Source: Chloroflexota bacterium (GTDB lineage Bacteria; Chloroflexota; UBA11872). Taken from it: 64,000 bases of DNA. The notes below the pieces were generated by a model. The model was not told where the DNA came from and ran no database searches. It was given only the letters and a program-made list of their open reading frames with translations. Shown piece after piece: positions 38,873 through 47,939 of this stretch. Location of the stretch: NCBI GenBank assembly GCA_022825895.1, contig JAJDVX010000027.1, positions 59,528-123,527 of the forward strand, read 5' to 3'. The translations under genes were made by a program, and so were the position numbers. Position 1 is the stretch's first letter; every line of letters begins with the position of its first letter.

Positions 38873-39679
38873 CTAGCCCGAATGTTTCACGTGAAACATT
38901 CGGCCAGGCCAGCGCCGCAGCGCGAGTGCCCCAATCCCAAAAGTCGCAATACCCGCGCTCACGATCATCGCCAGCCGCAGTCCTTCGCCCACGATGATCG
39001 GATCGGCCCGTATCGACTCGATCCAGAACCGCCCCACCGAATACGCCGCCAACACCCCCAACGCCAGGTCACCCCGCCGCAATACCAGCCCGCGTCTAGC
39101 CACCGCCAGCGCGCCCAGAAAGACCACGAGCGCCCACAGCGACTCATACAAGAACGTCGGGTGGAAGCCGTTCTGTTCCAGGTACAGCAGCGGCCGGTAC
39201 TGCTCATCCACCGACAGCGCCCACGGCAGGTGTGTCGGCACGCCGAACGACTGCTGGTTGAAGTAATCGCCCCAGCGGGCGATCACCAGGCCAAGCGGAA
39301 ACCCAAGCGCTGCGGCATCAAGCCTGCCCAGCAGATCCAGCCGCGCCAGCCGCGCGTAGATCGCCAAGGCCAGCAAGCCACCCGCCATCGCCCCGTGCAG
39401 GGCCACCCCGCCTTCCCAGATCTGCCAGGCAAGCTCCGGCTCATCCGCGAAGCGCCGTTCCCACTCGAAGACCAGGTAGTAGACCCGCGCGCCCAGGATT
39501 CCCGCCGGTACCGTGACCACTAGCAGCGGCAGCGCCTGCCTTGGATCCAGTCCTGTCCGTTCTGCCTGCCACCGCGCCACTCGCGCTCCCGCAAGAACCC
39601 CCACCACCAGCAAAACGCTCCACCAGCGCAACAGACCCCACGCCGGAACGATGAACTCGGAGTAGGGCTCAGGTATCAA
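38873..39679 (-). CDS. lgt: Prolipoprotein diacylglyceryl transferase
   Basis: 268 aa polytopic membrane protein carrying the Lgt signature region. Typical Lgt length. Confidence 0.85.
   Translation of the reverse strand: MIPEPYSEFIVPAWGLLRWWSVLLVVGVLAGARVARWQAERTGLDPRQALPLLVVTVPAGILGARVYYLVFEWERRFADEPELAWQIWEGGVALHGAMAGGLLALAIYARLARLDLLGRLDAAALGFPLGLVIARWGDYFNQQSFGVPTHLPWALSVDEQYRPLLYLEQNGFHPTFLYESLWALVVFLGALAVARRGLVLRRGDLALGVLAAYSVGRFWIESIRADPIIVGEGLRLAMIVSAGIATFGIGALALRRWPGRMFHVKHSG
38878..38903. repeat. Perfect 26 bp palindrome CCGAATGTTTCACGTGAAACATTCGG at the convergent junction, overlapping the last 9 codons of lgt
   Basis: The reverse complement is identical to the forward sequence. 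It is AT-rich relative to the genome and lies 8 nt past the stop of the 37395 gene and inside the 3' end of lgt (encoding ...RMFHVKHSG*). Confidence 0.45.
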
Positions 39680-39688
39680 GGGTTGGAG

Positions 39689-40669
39689 CTAGTCGTCGTC
39701 CCAGGTGATCAGCACCCCTAACGCCGTCTCCGGATGGTCGTGGAGGAAGTGGAAGGCCTCGGGGGCCTGCCGGTAGGGGAAGCGGTGGGTGACCATGCGG
39801 TCGGTCGCGATGCGGCCCTGGGTGAGCAGTTCGAGGGAACGCTTGGAAGCCGCGACCCGGTCGCTATCGGGCAGGGCGCCGCCGATCAGGCGCTTGCGCT
39901 GGATCTCGCTGGACGAGAGCGGCAGCGGGTCGTCCTCATAGAGTCCGACCACCTGCAGCAGGCCGCCGGACGCGGTCATGCGTTGGGCCTGGTCGAAGGC
40001 CCGCAGGCCGGCGCGTCCGCCCACGGCGTAGATCACCACGTCGGCGCCCTTGCCTCCGGTCAGCTCCCGCACCCGCGCCACCGGGTCTTCGTCGGCCGCG
40101 TTGATCACCTCGTCGGCTTCCACCTCGGCCGCCAGCGCGCAGCGGTTGGGCAGGGCGTCAACCGCCACCAGCCGCCCTTGGCCGTTGGCCCGGGCGACTT
40201 GGAGCATCAGGCTGCCCACCAGGCCCTGTCCCACGATCACCACCGTTTCGTCCGGCTGGATGTTGTCGTTCTCGATCCAGAGGACGGCGCTGGTGGTCAG
40301 CGGCCAGAAGGTGGCCTGCTCGAAATCCAGCGCAGCCGGAATCCGCACGACTCGCGGACCGTCCGAAGCCGACGCAATCCTGCTGTCCTGCACCACGAAC
40401 TGCGCGTGCGGCCCGGACACGCCGACCCGGTCACCCGGCGCGAACCCCACGACCTCGGCGCCCACGGCGTCCACCACGCCCGCCACCGAATAGCCCATGA
40501 TCTGCGGGTCCACGGCTTCCGGCCGGATGTAGCGCCGCCAGAGTTCGGAGCCTCGGCTGATCAGGCTGCGCACGTTGCGTACTCGCACGTCGTGCGGCCC
40601 GACGGCCGGCACGGGCGCGTCTTCCAACACCACGTTGAACTTGCCCTCGGGCTTCGCTACCCGCTTCAT
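39689..40669 (-). CDS. Zinc-dependent alcohol/polyol dehydrogenase (MDR family)
   Basis: ATG at 40669 with GAGGAGG RBS. Catalytic-Zn region and GxGxxG-like IVGQGLVGSLM. Confidence 0.8.
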   Translation of the reverse strand: MKRVAKPEGKFNVVLEDAPVPAVGPHDVRVRNVRSLISRGSELWRRYIRPEAVDPQIMGYSVAGVVDAVGAEVVGFAPGDRVGVSGPHAQFVVQDSRIASASDGPRVVRIPAALDFEQATFWPLTTSAVLWIENDNIQPDETVVIVGQGLVGSLMLQVARANGQGRLVAVDALPNRCALAAEVEADEVINAADEDPVARVRELTGGKGADVVIYAVGGRAGLRAFDQAQRMTASGGLLQVVGLYEDDPLPLSSSEIQRKRLIGGALPDSDRVAASKRSLELLTQGRIATDRMVTHRFPYRQAPEAFHFLHDHPETALGVLITWDDD

Positions 40670-40695
40670 GGCGTCCTCCTCGCGGCCGTGAGGTT

Positions 40696-41697
40696 CTACT
40701 CGCTGAGCGCGACCCACTCGCCGCTACGCGCACTCGCGCGCACGGCGTCCAGCACCCGCATCTGGCGGATGGCCTCGTCGCCGTCCACCAGCGGGGCCGC
40801 CTCGCCGCGGATCGCGTCGCCCAGATTCTCGACCTCGGCCTGGTAGGTGTCGAACGGCGGAAACAGCTCCGTCACCATTCCGCGCAGCGTATGAATCTCG
40901 ATGCTCGTCGATTCACCCGGCGCCAGCACGTGGCGCTCGACCCGTAGGGTTCCCTCGGTTCCGACCAACTCCAGGAAGTGCCGACGGGAGGACAGAAAGC
41001 TGAACGCCACCATCGCGGTTCGACCATCGTCGAACTCCAGGAGCGCGTTTCCGTCAAAGTCCACGCCAAACTCCGGGTCGTCGGTCATTCGCGCCGCCAG
41101 ACGTCTCGGCTCTTCGCCCATGTGCAGGCGGCTGACGCTCACGCAGTAGGTCCCGAGGTCGCCCAGCGCTCCGCCGGCCAATTCGGTCGAGAGACGCACG
41201 TTGGCCGGATCGCGGGTGATAGGAAAGCAGAACGCCGTATTGATCTGCCGCAGGTCGCCGATCGCGCCTTCGGCGACTAGCTGGCGCAGCCGGGCGTGCC
41301 GCGGGTCGTAGCGGTACATGAAGCCCTCGAGCAGTTGCACGCCGGCCGCCCGACAGGCGTGCACCATCTCCACCGCCTCGGCGGCGTCCACCGCAAACGG
41401 CTTGTCCACCAGCACGTGCTTCCCGGCCCGCGCCGCCGCAATCACCCAGTGGTGATGCAGCGACGTTGGCAACGGGATGTACACCGCATCGATCTCCGGA
41501 TCCGCCAACAGATCCTCGTACGACCCATAAGCCGTCGGAATCTCGAGTTCCGCCGCGAACCCCCGCGCCTGTTCCAGCGAACGGCTCGCCACCGCCCGCA
41601 GCACCCCGTTCCGAGCCTTCAGAATTCCCGGCCCCACCGAACGCCGCGCAATCCGCGCCGTCGACAAGATTCCCCAGCGGATGGGGTCCGCGCTCAC
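40696..41697 (-). CDS. Gfo/Idh/MocA family oxidoreductase
   Basis: GTG at 41697 overlaps the upstream stop (GTGA). Rossmann IRWGILSTARIARR. GFMYRYDP. Confidence 0.8.
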   Translation of the reverse strand: MSADPIRWGILSTARIARRSVGPGILKARNGVLRAVASRSLEQARGFAAELEIPTAYGSYEDLLADPEIDAVYIPLPTSLHHHWVIAAARAGKHVLVDKPFAVDAAEAVEMVHACRAAGVQLLEGFMYRYDPRHARLRQLVAEGAIGDLRQINTAFCFPITRDPANVRLSTELAGGALGDLGTYCVSVSRLHMGEEPRRLAARMTDDPEFGVDFDGNALLEFDDGRTAMVAFSFLSSRRHFLELVGTEGTLRVERHVLAPGESTSIEIHTLRGMVTELFPPFDTYQAEVENLGDAIRGEAAPLVDGDEAIRQMRVLDAVRASARSGEWVALSE

Positions 41698-42728
41698 GAC
41701 CGCTCCGGATACCCTCGGCGGCGGAGGGGTTGGCGGGGCTCCACCTCGGGGTTGACGGTGTCGCGGGGCCAATAGCCCTGGGCGATCCAGGCCATTTGTT
41801 CGGCGGAGCCCTGGCCGACGCGGTGGACGCTGACGGAGGTTGAGCCGCCGATGTGGGGGGTCCAGATGACGTTGGGCAGATTGATGAGGGGTGTGTCGGG
41901 CGTTGGGGGTTCCGATTCGAAGACATCGACGCCGGCGGCGGCTATTGCGCCGGATTCCAAGGCGTCAACCAGTGCCGCTTCGTCGACGATGGGGCCGCGC
42001 GAGACGTTGATCAGCGCGGCAGTGGATTTCATGCGGGCCAGCAGGCCGGCATCCACGAAGTGATGGGTGCGCGGCGTGTAGGGCAAATGCACCGAAACGA
42101 TGTCTCCCTGTTCGAACGCCTCGTGCAGGTCCACCAGCTCCACGCCCAGGCCCTGCGCTTCCCAGGGCGAGACGGTAGGTGCATAGGCGATGCAGCGAGT
42201 GCCGAAGGCCTGGGCGCGCGCGGCCACGGCACGGCCGATCCGACCCAGGCCGATCAAGGCCAGGGTGCTGGCGCGCATGTCGCCGATGTGGTCGACGCGG
42301 CGTTCCCACTCCGCGATGTTGCGGTGCCCCGCCTCCCACTCGTTGAGGATTCGCGGGATGCGACGCACCGCTCCCAGGATCAGATACAGCGCGGTGTCCG
42401 CCGTCTGCTCGGTGGCGAAGGTGGGGATGTTGCCCACCACCACGCCGGCCGCCGTTGCCGCCTCAATGTCGACGTGGTCCACGCCCACGGTCGGCGCGAT
42501 GACGCCCAGCAGGTCGGGCAACTCGTCGAACGTGTGCAGGCGGTAGTGCCCATGCGAGTAGATCACGCCCTGGTAGCCGGACAGGCGCTCCACGGCTTCC
42601 TCGTCGCTGGTCGGCGCCGGCACCACGTCCAGCGTGGCGCCAATGGCGTCCAGCGGCTGGCGGTGTTCAACGACCCGCTCGTGGCGCAGGCCGTCGGTCA
42701 GGGCAACGCGGAACGAATCCTCGGACAT
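41694..42728 (-). CDS. D-isomer-specific 2-hydroxyacid dehydrogenase (PGDH-like)
   Basis: NAD motif LALIGLGRIGRAVA. Catalytic His in ...WTPHIGG. ATG at 42728. Confidence 0.8.
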   Translation of the reverse strand: MSEDSFRVALTDGLRHERVVEHRQPLDAIGATLDVVPAPTSDEEAVERLSGYQGVIYSHGHYRLHTFDELPDLLGVIAPTVGVDHVDIEAATAAGVVVGNIPTFATEQTADTALYLILGAVRRIPRILNEWEAGHRNIAEWERRVDHIGDMRASTLALIGLGRIGRAVAARAQAFGTRCIAYAPTVSPWEAQGLGVELVDLHEAFEQGDIVSVHLPYTPRTHHFVDAGLLARMKSTAALINVSRGPIVDEAALVDALESGAIAAAGVDVFESEPPTPDTPLINLPNVIWTPHIGGSTSVSVHRVGQGSAEQMAWIAQGYWPRDTVNPEVEPRQPLRRRGYPERS

Positions 42729-42806
42729 TGAAGAGCGGCCTCGCACGGTCCGGTCGCCGAACCGTAACGCATCAGCCGGCCGATGGCGCAGCAACCCTCA
42801 GTTCAG

Positions 42807-43229
42807 CTACCCGCCGGCCTCATTCCAGAGATGACGTCCGGTGGCCAGGGCCAGCACCACGAAGAGCGCGTTGACCAGCGGGAAGTAGATCAGGTGGGCC
42901 GTCACCGCATCGCCGGTCTCGCTGGACGGGTTCAGCGTCCAGTACCACTCCCACAGCATCAGCATGACCAGCACGATGGCCCCGTAGTAGGCGAAGCTGC
43001 CCCGCAGGTATTCCACGGGGGTGACGTCCGAGCGTTCCGGGTCGCGTCGCCGCTGGAACCCCACCACCAGGATCACCAACGAGGCCGCGACCATGAACCA
43101 GTTCAGGATGCGCCAGATGGGGTAGTCGGTGGTTCCGTCGTTGTAGACCGGCGTCAGGATGAAGTTCACGGCCACGGCGACGCCGATAGCCACCAGGAAG
43201 AACGCCAGCAGCCGCTTCGCTACCGCCAT
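42807..43229 (-). CDS. Hypothetical membrane protein (4 predicted TM segments)
   Basis: 140 aa. Hydrophobic segments alternate with short loops. I recognise no family. Confidence 0.45.
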   Translation of the reverse strand: MAVAKRLLAFFLVAIGVAVAVNFILTPVYNDGTTDYPIWRILNWFMVAASLVILVVGFQRRRDPERSDVTPVEYLRGSFAYYGAIVLVMLMLWEWYWTLNPSSETGDAVTAHLIYFPLVNALFVVLALATGRHLWNEAGG

Positions 43230-43417
43230 GATCGACAGCCCTCATGACACTCGATACCAGCCGACGCGGCCAAGCCGCCGCCCGCTGATCGCCGCCCGCG
43301 CCAAGTCTATGCTCTTGCCTGATCGACTTCCGTGCCCCCCACGCTCACCGTCCCGGCACTCGCAACGGCCACAGCGCCAGGACGAGCGATAGACACCATG
43401 TGGTGTATAGTGGCGTC

Positions 43418-43678
43418 ATGAGTCGAACACAGGTCTATCTCGGCGACGAAGAGCTCGCGCTCCTGGATCGCGCCGTCCGAGCCACCGGCGCGTCGCGGTC
43501 CGAGTTGATCCGGCGCGCGGTCAGGCGCACCTTTGGCACAGTCTCGACGGCGGACAAGCTGCTGGCGATTAAAGCCACCGCAGGTCTGTGGTCCGACCGT
43601 CCATTCACCGGCGCCGAATACGTAGACGCCATCCGCGGTGACCTCAATGAACGGTTGCGCAAACTCGGTCTTGAATGA
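43418..43678 (+). CDS. vapB: Ribbon-helix-helix antitoxin (VapB/CopG-like)
   Basis: [35 protein letters not shown] is an RHH fold. It overlaps the downstream PIN gene by ATGA. Confidence 0.7.
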   Translation: MSRTQVYLGDEELALLDRAVRATGASRSELIRRAVRRTFGTVSTADKLLAIKATAGLWSDRPFTGAEYVDAIRGDLNERLRKLGLE

Positions 43679-44052
43679 AGCTACTGGACTCTTCGGTAGC
43701 CATCGACCATCTGCGTGGAGTCGAGGCTTCCAGCACGCTCCTGCTTAGCCTGATCACCACGGGCGAAACGGTGGCCGCCAGCGAAGTCGTACGTTTTGAG
43801 TTGCTGGCGGGCGTGCGCAATCACGAACGGGACTGCCTGGAGCGCTTCTTCGCAGCGCTCACGTGGGTACCGGTCGATGAGCCTATAGTTCGCGCGGCCG
43901 GGTCTTTGGCGCGGAAATATCGTCGGGCCTACCAGGGCATCGATGACGTTGACTATCTCATCGCCGGCACGGCGCTTCTCTTTGATGCCGATCTCCTGAC
44001 CACCAACGTCAGGCACTTCCCAATGTTCGACGATCTGAAGTCGCCCTACTGA
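43675..44052 (+). CDS. vapC: PIN-domain toxin VapC
   Basis: 125 aa. LLDSSVAID...E..L...V...[28 protein letters not shown] carries the PIN acidic residues. Confidence 0.8.
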   Translation: MKLLDSSVAIDHLRGVEASSTLLLSLITTGETVAASEVVRFELLAGVRNHERDCLERFFAALTWVPVDEPIVRAAGSLARKYRRAYQGIDDVDYLIAGTALLFDADLLTTNVRHFPMFDDLKSPY

Positions 44053-44105
44053 TCCCGCAAACTGTCCAAGCCACACCCCTGGCGGCGCGATCGAGCGAGC
44101 CCCGG

Positions 44106-44957
44106 ATGTCAGCGCACCAACGTCCACAGGCCATTCCCCCACCCCTGGTCGTCGTCGACGGCATGAACCTGCTCTGGCGGGCCGCCTACGGGTTCCCGGC
44201 GCGAATCCGGGACAGCGAAGGCGAGGACGTGACACCCGCGTTCGGGTTCTTCGCGCTGCTTCGGAAGGCCATCCACGGCCTGATGCCGTGCGAGGCGGTG
44301 GTGGTCTTCGACGGGGAGGGCTCAACGGAAGCTCGCGTGGCGATGGCGCCGGACTACAAGGCGAACCGAGCCGGCGCGGACTATTCCCACCTGGCGTGGC
44401 TGCCGACGATCTACGAGGGACTGCGGACCGTTGGCCTCGAGCATGAGGAGACGTCCGGCGCCGAGGCCGACGATGTGATCGCGGAGCTTGTCCGCCGGGT
44501 TGGAGCAAGCCGGCCCAGTGTCATCGTGTCGACGGATCGTGACTTCTACCAGCTACTCAGCGATCAAGTGGCGATTGCAAACACGATGCGCAAGAGCACC
44601 GACCAGATTGTGGACGGCGATGAGATCCGCACACGCTTCGGCATTGAACCCTGGCAGTGGTGTGACTACATGGCCCTGACCGGGGACACGTCCGACAACA
44701 TCCCGGGCGTGCGCGGCATCGGTCCCAAGCGCGCCGCGGCCGCGCTGGCCGGCGGGCGCTCGCTGGAGCGCCTGAACGGAGTCGTCGAGCAGGCGTGGTG
44801 GGGACGCTACTTCGACGGACGTACAGAAGCAGCGCTCAAGGCTCGCGATCTGATCCGCTTCGTCCCCGACGTCCAGACGTCGATCCGAATCACCGGCCGC
44901 GAGTCCCGGCCCCTTCCTCTCGCGGCCGACCTTCTCACGATCATTGGCGTCTGGTAG
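44106..44957 (+). CDS. Stand-alone 5'-3' exonuclease (FEN/Pol I N-domain family)
   Basis: 283 aa. LLVVDGMNLLWRAAYGF. ...VVVFDGEG...YKANR. H3TH region GDTSDNIPGVRGIGPKRA. Confidence 0.75.
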   Translation: MSAHQRPQAIPPPLVVVDGMNLLWRAAYGFPARIRDSEGEDVTPAFGFFALLRKAIHGLMPCEAVVVFDGEGSTEARVAMAPDYKANRAGADYSHLAWLPTIYEGLRTVGLEHEETSGAEADDVIAELVRRVGASRPSVIVSTDRDFYQLLSDQVAIANTMRKSTDQIVDGDEIRTRFGIEPWQWCDYMALTGDTSDNIPGVRGIGPKRAAAALAGGRSLERLNGVVEQAWWGRYFDGRTEAALKARDLIRFVPDVQTSIRITGRESRPLPLAADLLTIIGVW

Positions 44958-45079
44958 CCGGCGGTCAGGGCCGCAGAACCAACGCCGGCTTGCCTGACAG
45001 GACGTGCCTGGCACCGTGATCCCGCGCGCAGCGTCGACGCAGGGGCTGTCAATGAAACTGGCGGACCGGCCCGTAGACC

Positions 45080-45922
45080 GTGGGGCATGCGGCGGGGGCG
45101 CTACGCTCGCTCCCGTGCCTGATTCCACCTCCGGTGCGCCGTGTGCGGTTCTGCCTGATTGGGGACACTCACGGCTTTGTGCCCGGGCTGGAGGCGGGGC
45201 TGGCGGCGTGCCGGCGGCATGCGCCCGACCTGATCGTGCACTGCGGCGACTTCCTGACGTCGCCGTTTTCGCCCGATCCGCCGGCCGAGACGATCGAGTT
45301 GCTGCGTTCGCAGAACGTGGAGGTCATCTACGGCAACAACGAGGTGTATTTGCGCGACTGGGAGACGCCGCGTTGGGAGGCGACGGTGGCGGAACGGCGG
45401 CGGCGGCCTGACTCGCCCGAGTATTTCCTGTCGCTGATCGAGCAGGGGCAGGCGAATCTCAGTGCCGCGGACCTTGCGTGGCTTCGAGCGTTGCCTCCCG
45501 AGCTTTCCCTGGATGGGGCGCGCCAAGGCGATGTCTATGTCTGCCACGGCATGCCCGGCAACCCGTTCGCCACCACCTGGGACACGGACCCGGCGTTCAC
45601 ACCCGAATTCACCGCCGAGGAAATTGACGCGGCGCTCTCCCACCCCGCCGTCGCCTCGGCCGACCTGATTCTTTGCGGCCACACCCCGGGGCCAACTTTG
45701 CTCCGCACCGCGCTGCCCAGCGGCCGAGCGGCGCTGGTCGTTCGGAGCTCCGGCCACCTGCCGGGCGAGGGACCCGGCCCGTGGTACCAGGGCATCTGCG
45801 TGCTGACCGACCGCGGGGGTCCGCTCTCCGGGTTCGCGCGCTGGAGCATCGAGTTCGAATGGGCGCCGTTCGAGCCCCGCGATCCGAATTGGTCGGGCCT
45901 GGCAACGAGCCCCACGATCTGA
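45080..45922 (+). CDS. Metallophosphoesterase (paralog of 19429..20157); start uncertain
   Basis: FCLIGDTHG, HCGDF and LCGHTPGP motifs. In-frame GTGs at 45080, 45134 and 45143. The last gives the typical M-R-F-x-L-I-G-D-T-H-G N-terminus. Confidence 0.65.
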   Translation: MGHAAGALRSLPCLIPPPVRRVRFCLIGDTHGFVPGLEAGLAACRRHAPDLIVHCGDFLTSPFSPDPPAETIELLRSQNVEVIYGNNEVYLRDWETPRWEATVAERRRRPDSPEYFLSLIEQGQANLSAADLAWLRALPPELSLDGARQGDVYVCHGMPGNPFATTWDTDPAFTPEFTAEEIDAALSHPAVASADLILCGHTPGPTLLRTALPSGRAALVVRSSGHLPGEGPGPWYQGICVLTDRGGPLSGFARWSIEFEWAPFEPRDPNWSGLATSPTI

Positions 45923-46614
45923 TGTCCGCCTACGACCCGATTGCCGACTGGTACGCGGCGCAAACCCGGTCGGGTTCGCTGCGACGGTTCCTCGATCACC
46001 TGGCTCGTGGCCTCCTCGATATGGCAGGGGACGTGTCCGGCACGAGAGTGCTGGACGCCGGCTGCGGGGAAGGTCATGTGGCGCGGCTGTTTGCGAGCCA
46101 CGGGGCCAGCGTCGTGGGCGTGGACATCTCGCCGAGGCTCCTGGAGCACGCACGGGAACTCGAGACGCGGGAACCGCACGGGATCGAGTTCGTGGAGAGG
46201 GACCTGGGCAAGGGGCTGCCTTCCCACAGAGGCGCGTTCGACCTGGCGACGGCGAACATGATGCTCGACGACTGCGAGGACCTGGCAGGTGTCCTGGGTG
46301 GGATTGCCGACGCCCTCAAGCCCGGCGGTCGTCTCCTGCTGTCGATGCCCAATCCCTACGCGCTCGCCGCGCGCGGCAAGGTGGACGACTACTTCGCATC
46401 GGGAACGCTCTCCCAGACGTTCGGCACGGATCAAGCGGAGTACAGAGTCCCGTTTTACTACCGAACCTTCGAGGAGTGGGTGGCGGCGTTTCGCCAGGCC
46501 GGGTTCCTGCTGCGCAGCCTGGTGGACGTTCCGCCCGACCCAGGCGACCCGCATCTGCCGGACGGCCCGGTGCCCAAGATCATGCTGGTCGAGCTGATTC
46601 GTCGCGCGACTTAA
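45922..46614 (+). CDS. Class I SAM-dependent methyltransferase
   Basis: 230 aa. Motif I VLDAGCGEG. Motif post-I VVGVDIS. The start overlaps the previous stop (TGATG). Confidence 0.75.
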   Translation: MSAYDPIADWYAAQTRSGSLRRFLDHLARGLLDMAGDVSGTRVLDAGCGEGHVARLFASHGASVVGVDISPRLLEHARELETREPHGIEFVERDLGKGLPSHRGAFDLATANMMLDDCEDLAGVLGGIADALKPGGRLLLSMPNPYALAARGKVDDYFASGTLSQTFGTDQAEYRVPFYYRTFEEWVAAFRQAGFLLRSLVDVPPDPGDPHLPDGPVPKIMLVELIRRAT

Positions 46615-46707
46615 GCGTTGCTGACCGACCACGTTCGGGCTCATCCACTAACTCGCGGTCGAGGCGATCAGCACTCATCTCGCCGCAATACGGCGACGGA
46701 CCTGGGC

Positions 46708-47133
46708 CTAACCCGCCGCCGAGTCTGCCCGCCCTGCAACCCCGACGGGACCGCGCTTTCCTGGAACCAGCGCCACCGGCCTGGGAATCAGCCACTCCGC
46801 TCCAATCTTCGTCGCTCCCTGGATCCGGCCGTCTCCGGCCAGCTGCCGCACCCGCCGCTCCGAAACGCCCAAGTCAACGGCCGCCTGTCGCACCGTGACG
46901 TTCGCCACGTCATTGGCGGGGGACTCGGATACGAGATCGAACTCGACCGGGCTCGGCTGCTTCAGCGTGCTGATCTCGTGAATCAGGAACCCGATCACCT
47001 CGCCGTCGTCGTCCAGCCGCTTGAGAATTCGGTCGTCGTCGGTGGGGGTGAAATACCCCTCCCTGAACGCCCACAGGACTTCCAGCATGTCGCCTTCGTG
47101 GTCGTACCAGACGGACACTTTTCTGTTGCTCAT
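46708..47133 (-). CDS. DUF2283 domain fused to HTH (excisionase/MerR-like) DNA-binding domain
   Basis: N-terminal VWYDHEGDMLEVLW...DDDGEVIGFLIHEIS resembles DUF2283. C-terminal VTVRQAAVDLGVSERRVRQLAGDGRIQGATKIGAEWLIP is an HTH_17-like helix-turn-helix. Confidence 0.55.
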   Translation of the reverse strand: MSNRKVSVWYDHEGDMLEVLWAFREGYFTPTDDDRILKRLDDDGEVIGFLIHEISTLKQPSPVEFDLVSESPANDVANVTVRQAAVDLGVSERRVRQLAGDGRIQGATKIGAEWLIPRPVALVPGKRGPVGVAGRADSAAG

Positions 47134-47400
47134 GCTCCCTTGATGCTGCGCGCCAGATAGCCGGTGAGAATGAAGCCGTATGTCCTTTGCCGCTTCACAA
47201 CCAGGCAGACGTAGGGGCTTCTGCCCGAAGTACGGTTAGGCAAGCGTCCGTCGCAGTTCGGCCGTGAGCGGTGCAGAGGCCACGAGCTCGAGAGAGCCGT
47301 ATCTCCACGCGTCGAGGATAAGCGCTGCCGGGCTTGCCTCAGCGTGGTAGGCGGCAAGGCCCGACGCCAGGACGTTTGTGTCCGCGACGACGCGAATCAC
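47130..47400 (-). pseudogene. Disrupted PIN-domain toxin gene downstream of phd (premature TAA plus frame change)
   Basis: The GTG at 47400 overlaps the phd stop (GTGA). It opens V IRVVADTNVLASGL...LILDAWRYGSLELVASAPLTAELRRTLA, then reaches TAA at 47238-47236 after 54 aa. The remainder continues in another frame (ORF 47130..47357). Confidence 0.5.
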
Positions 47401-47729
47401 TCAGGCGCAAGTTGACGCTCCGCCCTGCGTCGATTTTCGGCTCGCACTTCGGCGACCGCTTGAGCTACGGCTTCTTCGATCTGCTCGACAGTCTGGTCTC
47501 GAAATGCTCTTCCGAATCGAGTGAAGATTTCGTCTCCGCGCGCCCACTCGGCGTCCAGGTCAGCCAGCCGCTCAATGTCATTGGCGGAGACGATGCCGGC
47601 AACGGGCGTCCCGTGCTTCTCCACCACGAACCGAACCTCGCCGCTGAACGCCCGGTTGATGACCTTGCTCCAGTTCCGCTTTGCCTCTGATGCGGCCACG
47701 GTCTGCGTCACGGCTTCATGCCCGCGCAT
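47397..47729 (-). CDS. Phd/YefM-family antitoxin
   Basis: VAASEAKRNWSKVINRAFSGEVRFVVEKHGTPVAGIVSANDIERL is the canonical Phd/YefM N-domain. ATG at 47729. Confidence 0.7.
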   Translation of the reverse strand: MRGHEAVTQTVAASEAKRNWSKVINRAFSGEVRFVVEKHGTPVAGIVSANDIERLADLDAEWARGDEIFTRFGRAFRDQTVEQIEEAVAQAVAEVRAENRRRAERQLAPE

Positions 47730-47939
47730 ATCAATCCTCTCCAACTTATTTAGACCAATATAGCCCAAACCAGGCCAAAACTCCCATTCTTCCAGCTTGT
47801 TTCAGCCCTGTATGTGTAAACCATGTCTCCGAACGGGTGTCAGCTGGGTCCCCGGTCAGCACATTCTGCCCGCGGAAGGGTCTTCCGACCGCCGCGCCGT
47901 AGGCTTGGCGCGTGGTTGCGGGACGGTGGGGAGGATTGC

